DNA from: a virus
Taxonomy: Duplodnaviria; Caudoviricetes
DNA length: 64,000 nt
Virus record (IMG/VR): IMGVR_UViG_2932446441_000001
Location: 5,172 to 69,171 of that record
Reading direction: 5' to 3' (one strand)
Shown: positions 1 through 9,507 of the stretch, one piece after another
Numbering within the stretch: position 1 is the first letter of the stretch
Layout of the letters: each line of letters starts with the position of its first letter
Made by a program: the position numbers and the translations under genes
The notes under the pieces: model-generated
The model's database searches: none
Told to the model about the DNA's origin: nothing
The model's input: only the letters and a program-made list of their open reading frames with translations

Positions 1-66
1 GGCCGGCGCCGCGCCATCGACAAGGTCGCCGAACTGCGCCGCGACCTGAGCCTCGCGCTCAGCCAG

Positions 67-399
67 ATGCACGCCGCTGGAGACGAGATCGCGCTCCTGC
101 AGCAGGACCTTGCCGTGGCCCGCGGGATGCAGGCCGAGGCCGAAGAGATCGTCGTCCAGCAGCAGGCCGAGATCGACGACCTCGCGGCCGAGCGCGACCA
201 GTGGATGGCCGAGACGCTGGCGCTGAAGGCGAGGTTCGCCGCGCAGCTCGCCGCCGAAGCGAACACCCACCGGATCGACGTGCCGCCCATGGTGCGCGAC
301 ACCACAGCGATCGAGGACCAGGCGACCGGGCCCATCGACGTCCGGCCCCTCTGGGACGCGCGCGGCATTCGACCCGTCACCGACCCGGGCCGCATCTGA
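67..399 (+). CDS. Coiled-coil hypothetical phage protein (probably extends 5' of the window)
   Basis: Frame is open from the window start; heptad-like A/E/Q/L composition. Confidence 0.6.
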   Translation: MHAAGDEIALLQQDLAVARGMQAEAEEIVVQQQAEIDDLAAERDQWMAETLALKARFAAQLAAEANTHRIDVPPMVRDTTAIEDQATGPIDVRPLWDARGIRPVTDPGRI

Positions 400-510
400 C
401 CCGCCGCCCGCCGGATGACCACGGGCCGGCGGAGCGGCGCCACAAGAAGAAGCCCCGGACGACGCAACCGCCCGGGGATCCCACACCAGCATCCCACAGG
501 GAGAAGACTC

Positions 511-1053
511 ATGATCGGTGAGACCACCGAGTACCGGATGGTTGTCCACGGCGAGCAGCGGTACACCGTCCCCGACGCCATCCAGGCGGCCCCCGGACTG
601 TTCGTGTTCCGCATGCCCGCCGACCAGTCCCTCAACTGCGCGGCCCGCTGGCGCATCGGCCACCACGGCGGGCTCGCCATCGCCGAAGCGATGCGCCGCG
701 AGGACGCCTTCAAGGGCGTCGAGATCCTCGTCCAGTCCGGCATCGACTGGACGCAGGACACCGAGGCCATTCAGGCCGCCATCAAGGGCGACGCAGTCAG
801 CGACCTGACCGCCAAGCTCTCCTGGGCCTGGTGCGAGCAGCCCGGCACCTCGTACATGCCCGGCGACGTGTCCGGCAACGGCATCTACACGGACGCCGAC
901 ATCGAGGCCACAGCCGCCGAGTTCAAGGCGGACGGCTACAAAGCGCTCGACGTCATGGTCGCGATGACGCACCGCGTGCCGTGGATGGGCCTCGACACCG
1001 AGGACTTCAACGAAGCCCACAACCGGATCGTCGAGCTGTCCGGCGCCGCCTGA
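511..1053 (+). CDS. Hypothetical phage protein
   Basis: GGGAGA RBS before ATG 511; typical high-GC3 codon usage. Confidence 0.75.
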   Translation: MIGETTEYRMVVHGEQRYTVPDAIQAAPGLFVFRMPADQSLNCAARWRIGHHGGLAIAEAMRREDAFKGVEILVQSGIDWTQDTEAIQAAIKGDAVSDLTAKLSWAWCEQPGTSYMPGDVSGNGIYTDADIEATAAEFKADGYKALDVMVAMTHRVPWMGLDTEDFNEAHNRIVELSGAA

Positions 1054-1180
1054 CCCACAGCCACATAGCCGGCGGCGCGTCGAGCCCCCCACTCCGCGCC
1101 GCCACCCAGGGCCGCCAGCCCCGGACCCACCCCCCGGTCGGGGCTGGCGGCCCCACCTCGCACACCCTTTTGGAGACCAC

Positions 1181-1312
1181 ATGAGCACCACAAACCCCAT
1201 CCGCCACTGGCAAATCGCCGTCGCACTGCTCGCCTGCATCCTGTGCGGAAGCACCACCGGACCCTTCACCTTCGACGGCCGCTGCGAGACCTGCGCGGAC
1301 GGCATCGCATGA
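1181..1312 (+). CDS. Small Cys-rich (CxxC...CxxC) protein, 43 aa
   Basis: GGAG RBS; MSTTNPIRHW...CILC...CETC; stop overlaps next start (ATGA). Confidence 0.55.
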   Translation: MSTTNPIRHWQIAVALLACILCGSTTGPFTFDGRCETCADGIA

Positions 1313-2163
1313 CCGCCGCCGTCGAGATCGAGGCGCCGAAGGTCGTCGACGGCCTGTCCGCCGAGGCGTACCACGCCGACAAGACGTCGATTTCCTCGTC
1401 CGGGCTGCGCGCTCTGTTGAACCCCGGCTGCCCCGCCCAGTTCAAATACGACCGCGACCACCCCCAGCCGCCGAAGAAAGAGTTCGACCTCGGACACGCC
1501 GCCCACCTGTACGTGCTGGGAGAGGGCCCGGAACTGGAGGTCATCGACTTCCCGGACTGGCGCAAGAAGGACGCCCAGATCCAGCGCGACGATGCCTACG
1601 CGGCAGGCAAGGTGCCGCTGCTGACGAAGGACCACGACATGGTCGTGGAGATGGCGGAGCAGATCCGCCGGCATCCGATCGCCGGGCCGCTGTTCACCCC
1701 CGGCACCGGTGTCGCAGAGCGGTCGATCTACTGGACCGATCCGGCGACCGGTGTGCGCTGCCGGGTCCGACCGGACTGGCTCCGCGGGCCGATCATCGTC
1801 GACTACAAGACGATCAAGGATGCGGCGCCGGACACCATCAGCCGCGCCATCAAAGACCGGGCGTACCACCAGCAGGACGCCTTCTACATCGACGGAGTCG
1901 AAGCCGCAGGCCTCGCCCCCGACGGCGCCAGGTTCGTCTTCGTCTTCCAGTCGAAGATCGCGCCCTACCTGATCACGGTCCGCGAACTCACCGACCAGGA
2001 CCGCGACATCGGCCGCGCCCGCAACGAGCGCGCCCTCCGCCTCTACGCCGACTGCGTCGCCAACGACCACTGGCCCGACTGGACCGGCCCCGTCACCGAA
2101 ATCCCCCAGATCGGAATGCCGACCTGGGACACCCTCCGACAGGCCGAGGAGTACCTCGGATGA
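1309..2163 (+). CDS. recE: RecE-like exonuclease VIII (PD-(D/E)XK nuclease)
   Basis: YHAD..SISSSGL, FDLGHAAH, CRVRPDWL..IVDYKT, YHQQDAFY motifs; upstream of a RecT-like gene. Confidence 0.88.
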   Translation: MTAAVEIEAPKVVDGLSAEAYHADKTSISSSGLRALLNPGCPAQFKYDRDHPQPPKKEFDLGHAAHLYVLGEGPELEVIDFPDWRKKDAQIQRDDAYAAGKVPLLTKDHDMVVEMAEQIRRHPIAGPLFTPGTGVAERSIYWTDPATGVRCRVRPDWLRGPIIVDYKTIKDAAPDTISRAIKDRAYHQQDAFYIDGVEAAGLAPDGARFVFVFQSKIAPYLITVRELTDQDRDIGRARNERALRLYADCVANDHWPDWTGPVTEIPQIGMPTWDTLRQAEEYLG

Positions 2164-2597
2164 GGGCCGTGAAGCCGATCGAGGATCGGCTCTTCCCGAA
2201 GGTTGACGCCACCGGCATCTGCTGGCTGTGGACCGGCGCGAAGGCTCGTAACGGATACGGCGTGATCAACAAGGGTCGCCGAGCAGACGGAGTGTCCGTC
2301 GTCCACCGCGTGGTCTGGGAGCTCCTTGTCGGCCCGATACCGGACGGAACCGAGCTTGACCACGTCTGCCGGATCCGCGCCTGCTGCAACCCCGACCACC
2401 TCGAACCCGTGACCCGCACCGTCAACGTCGCCCGCGGCTCTCGCCGAGCCGGAGCCCCGCGCAAGACGCACTGCAAGAACGGCCACGCCTTCACCCCCGA
2501 GAACACCCTCCCGAACGGACCGCGAGGACGCGCCTGCCGGAAGTGCATGAACGCCGCCAACCGCCGATACCGAGCACGAAAGAAGACCGCCGCATGA
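2160..2597 (+). CDS. HNH endonuclease
   Basis: CWLWTG, HRVVWELLVGPIP, LDHVCRIRACCNPDHLEPVT..VN, C-terminal THCKNGH...CRKC zinc ribbon. Confidence 0.92.
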   Translation: MRAVKPIEDRLFPKVDATGICWLWTGAKARNGYGVINKGRRADGVSVVHRVVWELLVGPIPDGTELDHVCRIRACCNPDHLEPVTRTVNVARGSRRAGAPRKTHCKNGHAFTPENTLPNGPRGRACRKCMNAANRRYRARKKTAA

Positions 2598-3370
2598 CCT
2601 CCAACGAGATCGCCCAGCGCGACGAGCAGCAGGCCGTCGCCACCACCGACCAGCAGACCAACACCCTGCCCGCCCCGGCACCGAGCGCCGCCACCACCGC
2701 GCTCATGCAGTGGGCGCAGGAAGCCGACCTCGCCTACCAGATGGCGCAGAAGCTCGCCGCCACCTCCTTCGTCCCGCAGTCCCTGCGCGGCAAGCCCGGC
2801 GACATCACCGCCGCGATCCTCGCCGGCGCCGAGCTCGGGCTGAAGCCGATGGCGACGCTCAAGAGCATCGACGTCATCCAGGGCACCCCGGCGCTGCGGG
2901 CGCACGCCATGCGGGCCGTCGTGCAGAAGCAGGGCCACGAGATCGAGCTCGTCGCCTCCGACGCCACGCACTGCGTGATGCGCGGCCGGCGCAAGGGCTC
3001 CGAGAACTGGCAGACCGTCGAGTGGACCATCCAGCGCGCCGCGCAGATGAAGCTCACCGACAAGGGCGAGTGGAAGAAGCAGCCGCAGAACATGCTCGTC
3101 GCCCGCGCCACCGGCGAACTGTGCCGGCTGATCGCCTCCGACGCCCTGCACGGCATGCCCTACGTCTCCGAGGAGCTGGAGGGCACCGTCCACGCCGAGG
3201 TGCTGCCGCAGAAGGCGCCGCTGTCCGTCGCCGCCCTCACGGCCCCCGCCCCGCAGCCCGAGCCTGCACCGGCCGCCGACAGCGCCTACAGCGTGCAGAT
3301 CGGCAACGGCGACTGGGACACCGACGCCGCCGACGACTCCGTCGACTGGCAGCCCGAGAACGAGCAGTAG
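2594..3370 (+). CDS. RecT-like single-strand annealing protein
   Basis: SFVPQSLRGKPGD...GAELGLKPM..L..IDVIQG, WKKQPQNML.ARA; acidic tail; follows recE. Confidence 0.8.
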   Translation: MTSNEIAQRDEQQAVATTDQQTNTLPAPAPSAATTALMQWAQEADLAYQMAQKLAATSFVPQSLRGKPGDITAAILAGAELGLKPMATLKSIDVIQGTPALRAHAMRAVVQKQGHEIELVASDATHCVMRGRRKGSENWQTVEWTIQRAAQMKLTDKGEWKKQPQNMLVARATGELCRLIASDALHGMPYVSEELEGTVHAEVLPQKAPLSVAALTAPAPQPEPAPAADSAYSVQIGNGDWDTDAADDSVDWQPENEQ

Positions 3371-3431
3371 CCCGCACACCTGAGGCCGCCCCGCGGGTAT
3401 CGGGGCGGCCCCACCTCAAGGAGAGCACACC

Positions 3432-3806
3432 GTGACGACAACACCCGAGCAGGCCCGCGCCGACGCCAACAAGCTCCTCGCCGCCCTCTACGCCAACGTC
3501 ACCGACTGGACCGAGGCACTGTTCGACCAGGCCCTCCTCGCCATAGCAGGCACCGGCCGGCCGTTCTCCGCCAACGACCTGTGGCAAGTCCTGCCCGAGA
3601 GCGGACGGGCCGCCTGCGGCCTGTACTTCGCGCGGCTCACCCACCTCCGCAGCCCGCAGGTGCTGATCCGCATCGGCTACGAGCCGTCGATCAACCCGAA
3701 GGCCCACGGCAAGCCCGTCAACGTGTACGCGCTCACCGCGCCCGGCCGCGATTACATCAAGCAGCGGCAGGCCGAGCGCGGCCAGCAGCGGAGGACGGCC
3801 GCATGA
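3432..3806 (+). CDS. Hypothetical protein (possible winged helix)
   Basis: AAGGAG RBS, GTG start; RPFSANDL...HGKPVNVY. Confidence 0.7.
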   Translation: MTTTPEQARADANKLLAALYANVTDWTEALFDQALLAIAGTGRPFSANDLWQVLPESGRAACGLYFARLTHLRSPQVLIRIGYEPSINPKAHGKPVNVYALTAPGRDYIKQRQAERGQQRRTAA

Positions 3807-3991
3807 GCCTCGTCTGGCTGGTGCCCGCCGTCCTCGCCCCGGGCGCTTTCTTCGCCGCCCGCTCCTGGTGGCGCGAACGCCGCTACCTCCCCGCCGCGGC
3901 CGACAACCAGCCGCCCCGCGACATCGACGCCCTCATCACCTGCCGCCGCATCAGCGCACTGCCCACCGCACGCCGAGAGGAGAAGCCGTGA
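3803..3991 (+). CDS. Small membrane-anchored protein
   Basis: Hydrophobic N-terminus MSLVWLVPAVLAPGAFFAA; coupled overlaps on both sides. Confidence 0.6.
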   Translation: MSLVWLVPAVLAPGAFFAARSWWRERRYLPAAADNQPPRDIDALITCRRISALPTARREEKP

Positions 3992-4935
3992 CCACCGACC
4001 AGGCCATCCGTGAAGCGAAGAACCGCTGGGCACGGCGACGCCGCCGCCTCATCGGCTACGGCCAGTGGCAGCCCTTCACTGACGCCGAACCCGCCCGCCG
4101 CCACGTCCTCGCCATCCAGGCGACCGGCATGGGCCTTGCCGGGATCGCCAAGCACACCGGCGTCAACCGCGGCTCCCTCGACCACCTGCTCTACGGCAGC
4201 CCTCCCATCCCGCCCGCCGCACAGATCCGCACCGAAAACGCGCAGGCCCTCCTCGCCTACTGGCCCAGCCTCGACGACTACGAAGACCGAGCCATCATCG
4301 ACGCCACCGGCACCCGTCGCCGCATGCAGGCCCTCGCCGTGGCCGGCTGGCCCTCCAAGGCCATCCACCAGCGCGTCCAGGTCGGCAACTTCCAGACCAT
4401 CGAGAAGCTCCGAGCCCGCACAAAGGTCACTGCCCGGCTCGCCCGCGTGATCCGCGACTTCTACGACGAGGTCTCCGCGAAGACCGCGGAGGACTACGGC
4501 GTCGAAGCGTGGGTGGCCGGTCGGACCCGCACCTACGCGGCCAAGGCCCAGTGGGCCGGGCCGGAGGCGTGGGACCCCGACACCATCGACGACCCCGAGG
4601 CCCAGCCCGACTGGACCGGTTGTTGCGGCACCGACCGCGGCTGGTGGATGCACAGCATCAACGACATCCCCGCCTGCCCGCGCTGCGAGACCGCCCACGC
4701 CGACTGGCTCGCCGAACGCCGGGACCTTCCCGCCAAAGAGCGCTGGCGCCAACTCGCCCTCGCCAAGGGCGCCGCCTCCAACCGCGGCGCCAACCTCGCC
4801 CACGACGCCCGCGAACTCATGCGGATCTCCGGCCTCACCTACGACCAGGTAGCCGAACGCCTCGGCATCACCCGCCAGCACCTCTACCAGGAACTCACCC
4901 GCCACCCCGACACCGAGACGGAGCTCGCCGCATGA
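3988..4935 (+). CDS. DNA-binding protein with HTH motifs and a CGT...H...CxxC zinc finger
   Basis: GMGLAGIAKHTGV and GLTYDQVAERLGITRQ HTH-like segments; CCGTDRG..H..CPRC. Confidence 0.7.
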   Translation: MTTDQAIREAKNRWARRRRRLIGYGQWQPFTDAEPARRHVLAIQATGMGLAGIAKHTGVNRGSLDHLLYGSPPIPPAAQIRTENAQALLAYWPSLDDYEDRAIIDATGTRRRMQALAVAGWPSKAIHQRVQVGNFQTIEKLRARTKVTARLARVIRDFYDEVSAKTAEDYGVEAWVAGRTRTYAAKAQWAGPEAWDPDTIDDPEAQPDWTGCCGTDRGWWMHSINDIPACPRCETAHADWLAERRDLPAKERWRQLALAKGAASNRGANLAHDARELMRISGLTYDQVAERLGITRQHLYQELTRHPDTETELAA

Positions 4936-6614
4936 TGTACCGCCACGACAACGACGCCTTGACGGTCATGGACTGGTTCTGTGGCGCTGGAGGCTCCAGC
5001 CAGGGCATGCACTCCATCCCTGGCGTCCGCATGGAACGGGCGGCGAACCATTGGGAGCGCGCGATCGAGTCGCACGCCGCGAACTTCCCGACCGTCGATC
5101 ACTACCGCGGCGACATCCGCGAAGCCCCGGTCGACAAGTGGCCCGTCACGGACATCTTCTGGGCGTCGCCCGAGTGCCCGCAGTGGTCCAACGCCCGCGG
5201 CAAGAAGCGCGACTTCGACGCCTCCCTCCAGGGCGACCTCTTCGACGGCTTCGGCCCGTCGGAGGAAGTCGAGCGCAGCCGGGCGCTGATGGAGGAAGTC
5301 CCCATGTACCTGCGCGGCGTGCAGGAGCGCGGCGGCCTGGTCAAGGCCGGCGTGGTCGAGAACGTCGTCGACGTCCGGGCGTGGGATCAGTGGGACCGGT
5401 GGCTCGGCGAGATCCGCAAGCTCGGCTACAAGACCCGCGTCATCGCCCTCAACAGCATGCACGCCGACCCGCGCACCGTGCACAAGGCGCCCCAGTCCCG
5501 CGACCGCCTGTACGTCGCCTACTGGCACGAGACCCTGGCCCGCACGCCCGACTGGGACAAGTGGCTGAGGCCGCGCGCCTGGTGCACCGGCTGCGACACC
5601 TGGGTGCAGGCCTTGCAGCGGTTCAAGCAGCCCGGGCGCGACATGGGCCGCTACCGCCAGCAGTACGTCTACCGCTGCCCGAACACCACCTGCCGCAACC
5701 AGGTCGTCGAACCCGAGACGCTCCCGGCCGCGGTTGCGATCGACTGGACGATCCCGGGCCAGCGGATCGGGGACCGGGCCAAGCCGCTCGCCGACAAGAC
5801 CCTCGCCCGGATCCAGGCCGGCCTCGACAAGTTCGCCCGGCCCATGGTCGTCCCCGCGGGCGGCACCTGGCGTAACGAGGCCACCCCCGCAGACGAGCCG
5901 ATGCCGACCCGCACCACCCGCGAGAACGACGGGCTGGCCATCCCGCCCTTCATCACCGAACTCCGAGGCGGCAGCAGTGTCCGGTCGGTCGGCGACCCGC
6001 TCGCGACGGTGGCGACCTCGGGCGGTCACCACGGCCTAGCTGTCCCTCCGCTGCTGATCCCGGTCGAGGGGCGGGACGGTAAGGAGCCGCGCTCAGCCAA
6101 CGACCCGCTGCGCACCCAGACCGCCCGCAACGAGACCGGCCTCGCCTGGCTCCCGTTCATGGTCACCATGCGCGGCGGCGGCGACCAGCTGCGCGGACGC
6201 TCCATCGGCGAGCCGGTCGGGACCGTGTCCGCCAACGGCAACCACCACGGCCTCGTGACCCCGGAGAACGTCGACTGGCAGTCGCTCCTGGTGCCGTACT
6301 ACGGCAACGGCCAGGCGCGCACCGTCCGCGAGCCCGTCGGCACGCTGTCCACCCGCGACCGGTACGCCCTCGTCCGAGGCGACGTCGACATCAACGACGT
6401 GCTGTTCAGGATGTTGGAGCCTCACGAGATCGGCCGGGCCATGAGCTTCGCCGACCAGTACATCGTGCTCGGCAACAAGCGGGAGCGCGTCCGCCAGTAC
6501 GGCAACGCCGTCACCCCCAACTGCGCCGAGGTCATCGTCGCCGCCCTCGTCGAAGCGATCACCGGCGAAGACCTCGACCGACACACCGAGCCGCAGTACG
6601 AGACCGCCGCGTGA
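4932..6614 (+). CDS. DNA (cytosine-5) methyltransferase
   Basis: Motif I DWFCGAGG, motif IV SPEC, motif VI VENV, motif VIII QSRDRLY, motif X QYGNAVTP; long repetitive variable region. Confidence 0.92.
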   Translation: MMYRHDNDALTVMDWFCGAGGSSQGMHSIPGVRMERAANHWERAIESHAANFPTVDHYRGDIREAPVDKWPVTDIFWASPECPQWSNARGKKRDFDASLQGDLFDGFGPSEEVERSRALMEEVPMYLRGVQERGGLVKAGVVENVVDVRAWDQWDRWLGEIRKLGYKTRVIALNSMHADPRTVHKAPQSRDRLYVAYWHETLARTPDWDKWLRPRAWCTGCDTWVQALQRFKQPGRDMGRYRQQYVYRCPNTTCRNQVVEPETLPAAVAIDWTIPGQRIGDRAKPLADKTLARIQAGLDKFARPMVVPAGGTWRNEATPADEPMPTRTTRENDGLAIPPFITELRGGSSVRSVGDPLATVATSGGHHGLAVPPLLIPVEGRDGKEPRSANDPLRTQTARNETGLAWLPFMVTMRGGGDQLRGRSIGEPVGTVSANGNHHGLVTPENVDWQSLLVPYYGNGQARTVREPVGTLSTRDRYALVRGDVDINDVLFRMLEPHEIGRAMSFADQYIVLGNKRERVRQYGNAVTPNCAEVIVAALVEAITGEDLDRHTEPQYETAA

Positions 6615-6702
6615 CCGCGGTCCGCCGGCCGCGCGCCGGACCCTGACCCGCCAGCACCGACAAGCCATCCGCCGCCCGCTCTGACCAAGAAGAGAGAACC
6701 CC

Positions 6703-7599
6703 ATGGGCTACGAGCTCCGCCGCCAACTGCGCGAGGCGCTTGGGCCGGACATCACCGGCCTCCAGCGCGCCGTCGCGCTGGAGATCGCCGACGACGCCAA
6801 CGAGCGCACGCGGCGAAGCTGGGCCGCGCTCGAGGACCTGGCGCGCTGGACCGGCGCCAAGGATGGGAGCGTCGTCCGGAACGCGCTGAAGCGGCTTGCC
6901 GCGGCCGGCTGGGAGTTCCGGGTTCCGATCGGCAAGGGCAAGGACGGGCGCGCCCTGTACGCGGTGCCCGGCACTCGAATGACGTTCCTCGTACCCCACT
7001 TCGAAGGGGGAGCCACGGCTACCCCTTCCAGTGGCAAGGGAGAGCCCGGGCTACCTCTAGGGGGAGCCACCGCTACCCCTTCACCCCCACAAGGGGGAGC
7101 CACGGCACCTTCAGAAGGTGCCGTGGCTCCTTCTGAAGGTGCCGTGGCTCCCCCCTTCTCCTCATACTCCTCAGACTCAAAGAAGCTAGCTAGCCGGCAG
7201 CCCGCCGCCGATCTTGACTACGGGATCCCCGCCGACGCCCGCCCGCTCATCAACAGCCTCGCGGCAGCAGGCGTCAACGTCCGCTGGCCCTTCCGCGGCA
7301 ACGACTGGTTCCCCCTCCTCGCGCTCATCAAGAAGTCCGGCGTGCCCGCCATGGTCGACCACGCCCTCAAGGTCGCCGCCCGCACCCCGGTCGACTCCGC
7401 CCGCTACTTCATGCCGGGCTGGAGCGAACTCGCACCCATCCCGCCCGCCGACACCCCCCGGCCCGCACTCCACGCCGTGCCCGCCACCCGCTCCACCGCC
7501 GACCAGCGCGTCGCCCAGGGCCAGGCCCTCGCCGCCATGTTCCGCGAGCAGGAGCAGCGCGCCCTCGAGGCCGGCCACACCAACCAGGAGCCCGCATGA
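6703..7599 (+). CDS. Replication initiator-like protein (N-terminal HTH, internal iterons)
   Basis: Lies before helicase loader and helicase; LEDLARWTG...VRNALKRL HTH; DNA repeats in the low-complexity linker. Confidence 0.75.
   Translation: MGYELRRQLREALGPDITGLQRAVALEIADDANERTRRSWAALEDLARWTGAKDGSVVRNALKRLAAAGWEFRVPIGKGKDGRALYAVPGTRMTFLVPHFEGGATATPSSGKGEPGLPLGGATATPSPPQGGATAPSEGAVAPSEGAVAPPFSSYSSDSKKLASRQPAADLDYGIPADARPLINSLAAAGVNVRWPFRGNDWFPLLALIKKSGVPAMVDHALKVAARTPVDSARYFMPGWSELAPIPPADTPRPALHAVPATRSTADQRVAQGQALAAMFREQEQRALEAGHTNQEPA
7006..7155. repeat. Iteron cluster / putative replication origin inside the initiator gene
   Basis: GGGGGAGCCAC(G/C)GC at 7006, 7060, 7093; inverted copies at 7114-7130 and 7135-7155; perfect 17-bp inverted repeat 7096-7112/7114-7130. 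Confidence 0.75.
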
Positions 7600-7838
7600 C
7601 CCTCGCCGAAACCGCAGACCTGCTGTCCATCGCCGCCGCCATCGACAAACGCACCCTCGGCGAATCCGACGTCCGGGCCTGGCAGATGGTCCTCGACGAC
7701 ATCCCCTTCGAAGCCGCCCGCATCGCGCTGCGCGAGCACTACCGCGAGACGACCAAGCCCGCCATGCCCGCCGACATCGTCCGCCGCGCCAAGCCCACCA
7801 ACACCTACGAGTCCTACGCCGAGAAGGGGATCTTCTAG
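7596..7838 (+). CDS. Helicase loader/inhibitor-like small protein
   Basis: ET..LL...AA.D.R......AW..VL.D..F..A..A...HY......MPADI pattern; sits between initiator and helicase. Confidence 0.7.
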   Translation: MTLAETADLLSIAAAIDKRTLGESDVRAWQMVLDDIPFEAARIALREHYRETTKPAMPADIVRRAKPTNTYESYAEKGIF

Positions 7839-9151
7839 TGACGACCGACCTCGAGCCCGAGCTGCTCGAGCGGACACCGCCCCGCGACATCGCCGCCGAA
7901 CAGTCAGCCCTCGGTGCCTGCCTCATGTCGCGCAGCGCCTGCGCCGAAGTCCTCGCCACCGTCACCCCCGAGGCCTACTACAAGCCGCAGCACGCCACGA
8001 TCCACTGCGCCATCGCCGACCTGTTCATGGCCGGCGAGCCCATCGACCAGATCACCGTCGCCAAGTACCTGGGCGACCGCGGGGACCTCGCCAGGATCGG
8101 CGGCCAGGTCTACCTGTGGGAGCTCGTCCGGGCCGTACCCACACCGGAGAACGGCCCGTACTACGCCGAGGTCGTGCAGGACCGCGGCCTGCGCCGGTCG
8201 CTGATCGAACTCGGCAACCGCCTGGCGCAGATGGGCTACAGCCCGGACGGCGAAACCACCGAGATCATCGAGCGGGCCGTGACCCTGACCCGCGAACTGC
8301 GCGACCAGGGCCGCGAAGCGGAAGACCTGCCGCTGGAGGACATCCTCGACTTCGTCCAGCACGAGGACACCTACGACTGGATCGTGCCCGGCCTGCTCGA
8401 GCGCATGGACCGGCTGATCCTCACCGCCTCCGAAGGCGGCGGCAAGTCCGTGCTGCTGCGGCAGATGGCCGTCACCCTCGCCGCCGGCATCCACCCGTTC
8501 GACACGTGGAAGACCATCGACCCCATCCGGGTTCTCACCCTCGACTGCGAGAACAGCGCCAGCTCCAGCCGCCGCAAGTACCGCCCCCTGCTCGCTGCGG
8601 CGAACGACCTCGAGCAGCCCGTGCAGCGCGGCCAGTTCCACATCGAGTGCCGCCCCGAAGGCCTCGACCTCACCCGCGCCCAGGACCGCGCCTGGATGAT
8701 GCGCCGCGTCGAGAAGGCCAAGCCCGACCTGCTGATCATCGGTCCGATCTACCGCCTCCACGCGGGCGACCCCAACTCGGAGGAACTCGCCCGCAAGGTC
8801 AGCGTCGTCATCGACGAGGCCCGCGCCACCGCCGGATGCGCCGTCCTCATGGAAGCCCACAGCCCGCACCACAACGGCTTCGGACAGCACCGCACCCTGC
8901 GGCCCGTCGGCTCGTCGCTGTGGATGCGCTGGCCCGAGTTCGGCTTCGGCCTGCGCCCCGTCGAGGACGAGAAGTCCGCAGCGCCCGGCGACGGCGCCCG
9001 CGGCCGGCGGGTCATCCCGTGGCGCGGCATGCGCGACGAACGCGACTTCCCCGCCTTCATCAAGCAGGGCGACAAGTGGCCCTGGATCTCCTACAAGCCC
9101 ATCGACGCCGACCCCCTCACCGGCTACAGCGAAACGGGAGCGATCTGGTGA
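7838..9151 (+). CDS. Replicative helicase: DnaB N-terminal domain plus RecA-type (AAA_25-like) ATPase
   Basis: PPRDIAAEQSALGACL, YYKPQHATI, PIDQITV (DnaB-N); Walker A ASEGGGKS. Confidence 0.85.
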   Translation: MTTDLEPELLERTPPRDIAAEQSALGACLMSRSACAEVLATVTPEAYYKPQHATIHCAIADLFMAGEPIDQITVAKYLGDRGDLARIGGQVYLWELVRAVPTPENGPYYAEVVQDRGLRRSLIELGNRLAQMGYSPDGETTEIIERAVTLTRELRDQGREAEDLPLEDILDFVQHEDTYDWIVPGLLERMDRLILTASEGGGKSVLLRQMAVTLAAGIHPFDTWKTIDPIRVLTLDCENSASSSRRKYRPLLAAANDLEQPVQRGQFHIECRPEGLDLTRAQDRAWMMRRVEKAKPDLLIIGPIYRLHAGDPNSEELARKVSVVIDEARATAGCAVLMEAHSPHHNGFGQHRTLRPVGSSLWMRWPEFGFGLRPVEDEKSAAPGDGARGRRVIPWRGMRDERDFPAFIKQGDKWPWISYKPIDADPLTGYSETGAIW

Positions 9152-9435
9152 CTGACCCCAACCCCCTCTACGGCGACGCCTGCGAGGCCTGCCCGACCTA
9201 CGACGTGTTCCCCGAGTCCGCGCTCCGCGACGGCGCCGAGGGACTCATCGCCGGCTACCACTGCCCCAACTGCGGCCACATCTGGACCTGCGGCTGGCAG
9301 ATCGTCCCCGGCCGGGCCATACCGCCCGAGCCCGCCGTCGACTCGCCGCTCTTCAACGAACACGTCACCGCGCGCATCCACGAGCAAGCCGCCATCGCCC
9401 GAGCCCGCAAGCACCTCAACAAGGAGACCCCGTGA
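9148..9435 (+). CDS. Zinc-ribbon hypothetical protein
   Basis: CEAC...YHCPNCGHIW; GTGA overlap. Confidence 0.65.
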   Translation: MTDPNPLYGDACEACPTYDVFPESALRDGAEGLIAGYHCPNCGHIWTCGWQIVPGRAIPPEPAVDSPLFNEHVTARIHEQAAIARARKHLNKETP

Positions 9436-9507
9436 CCACGACCCACCACCCCGCCGCCTGATGCCCGCCGCGCGTTGACGCCCGCCTGACCACCCAGAGG
9501 AGACACC

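Noticed and set aside
1309-2163. Cas4 / CRISPR-associated nuclease
   Set aside because: No four-Cys cluster; motifs and the RecT neighbour indicate RecE.
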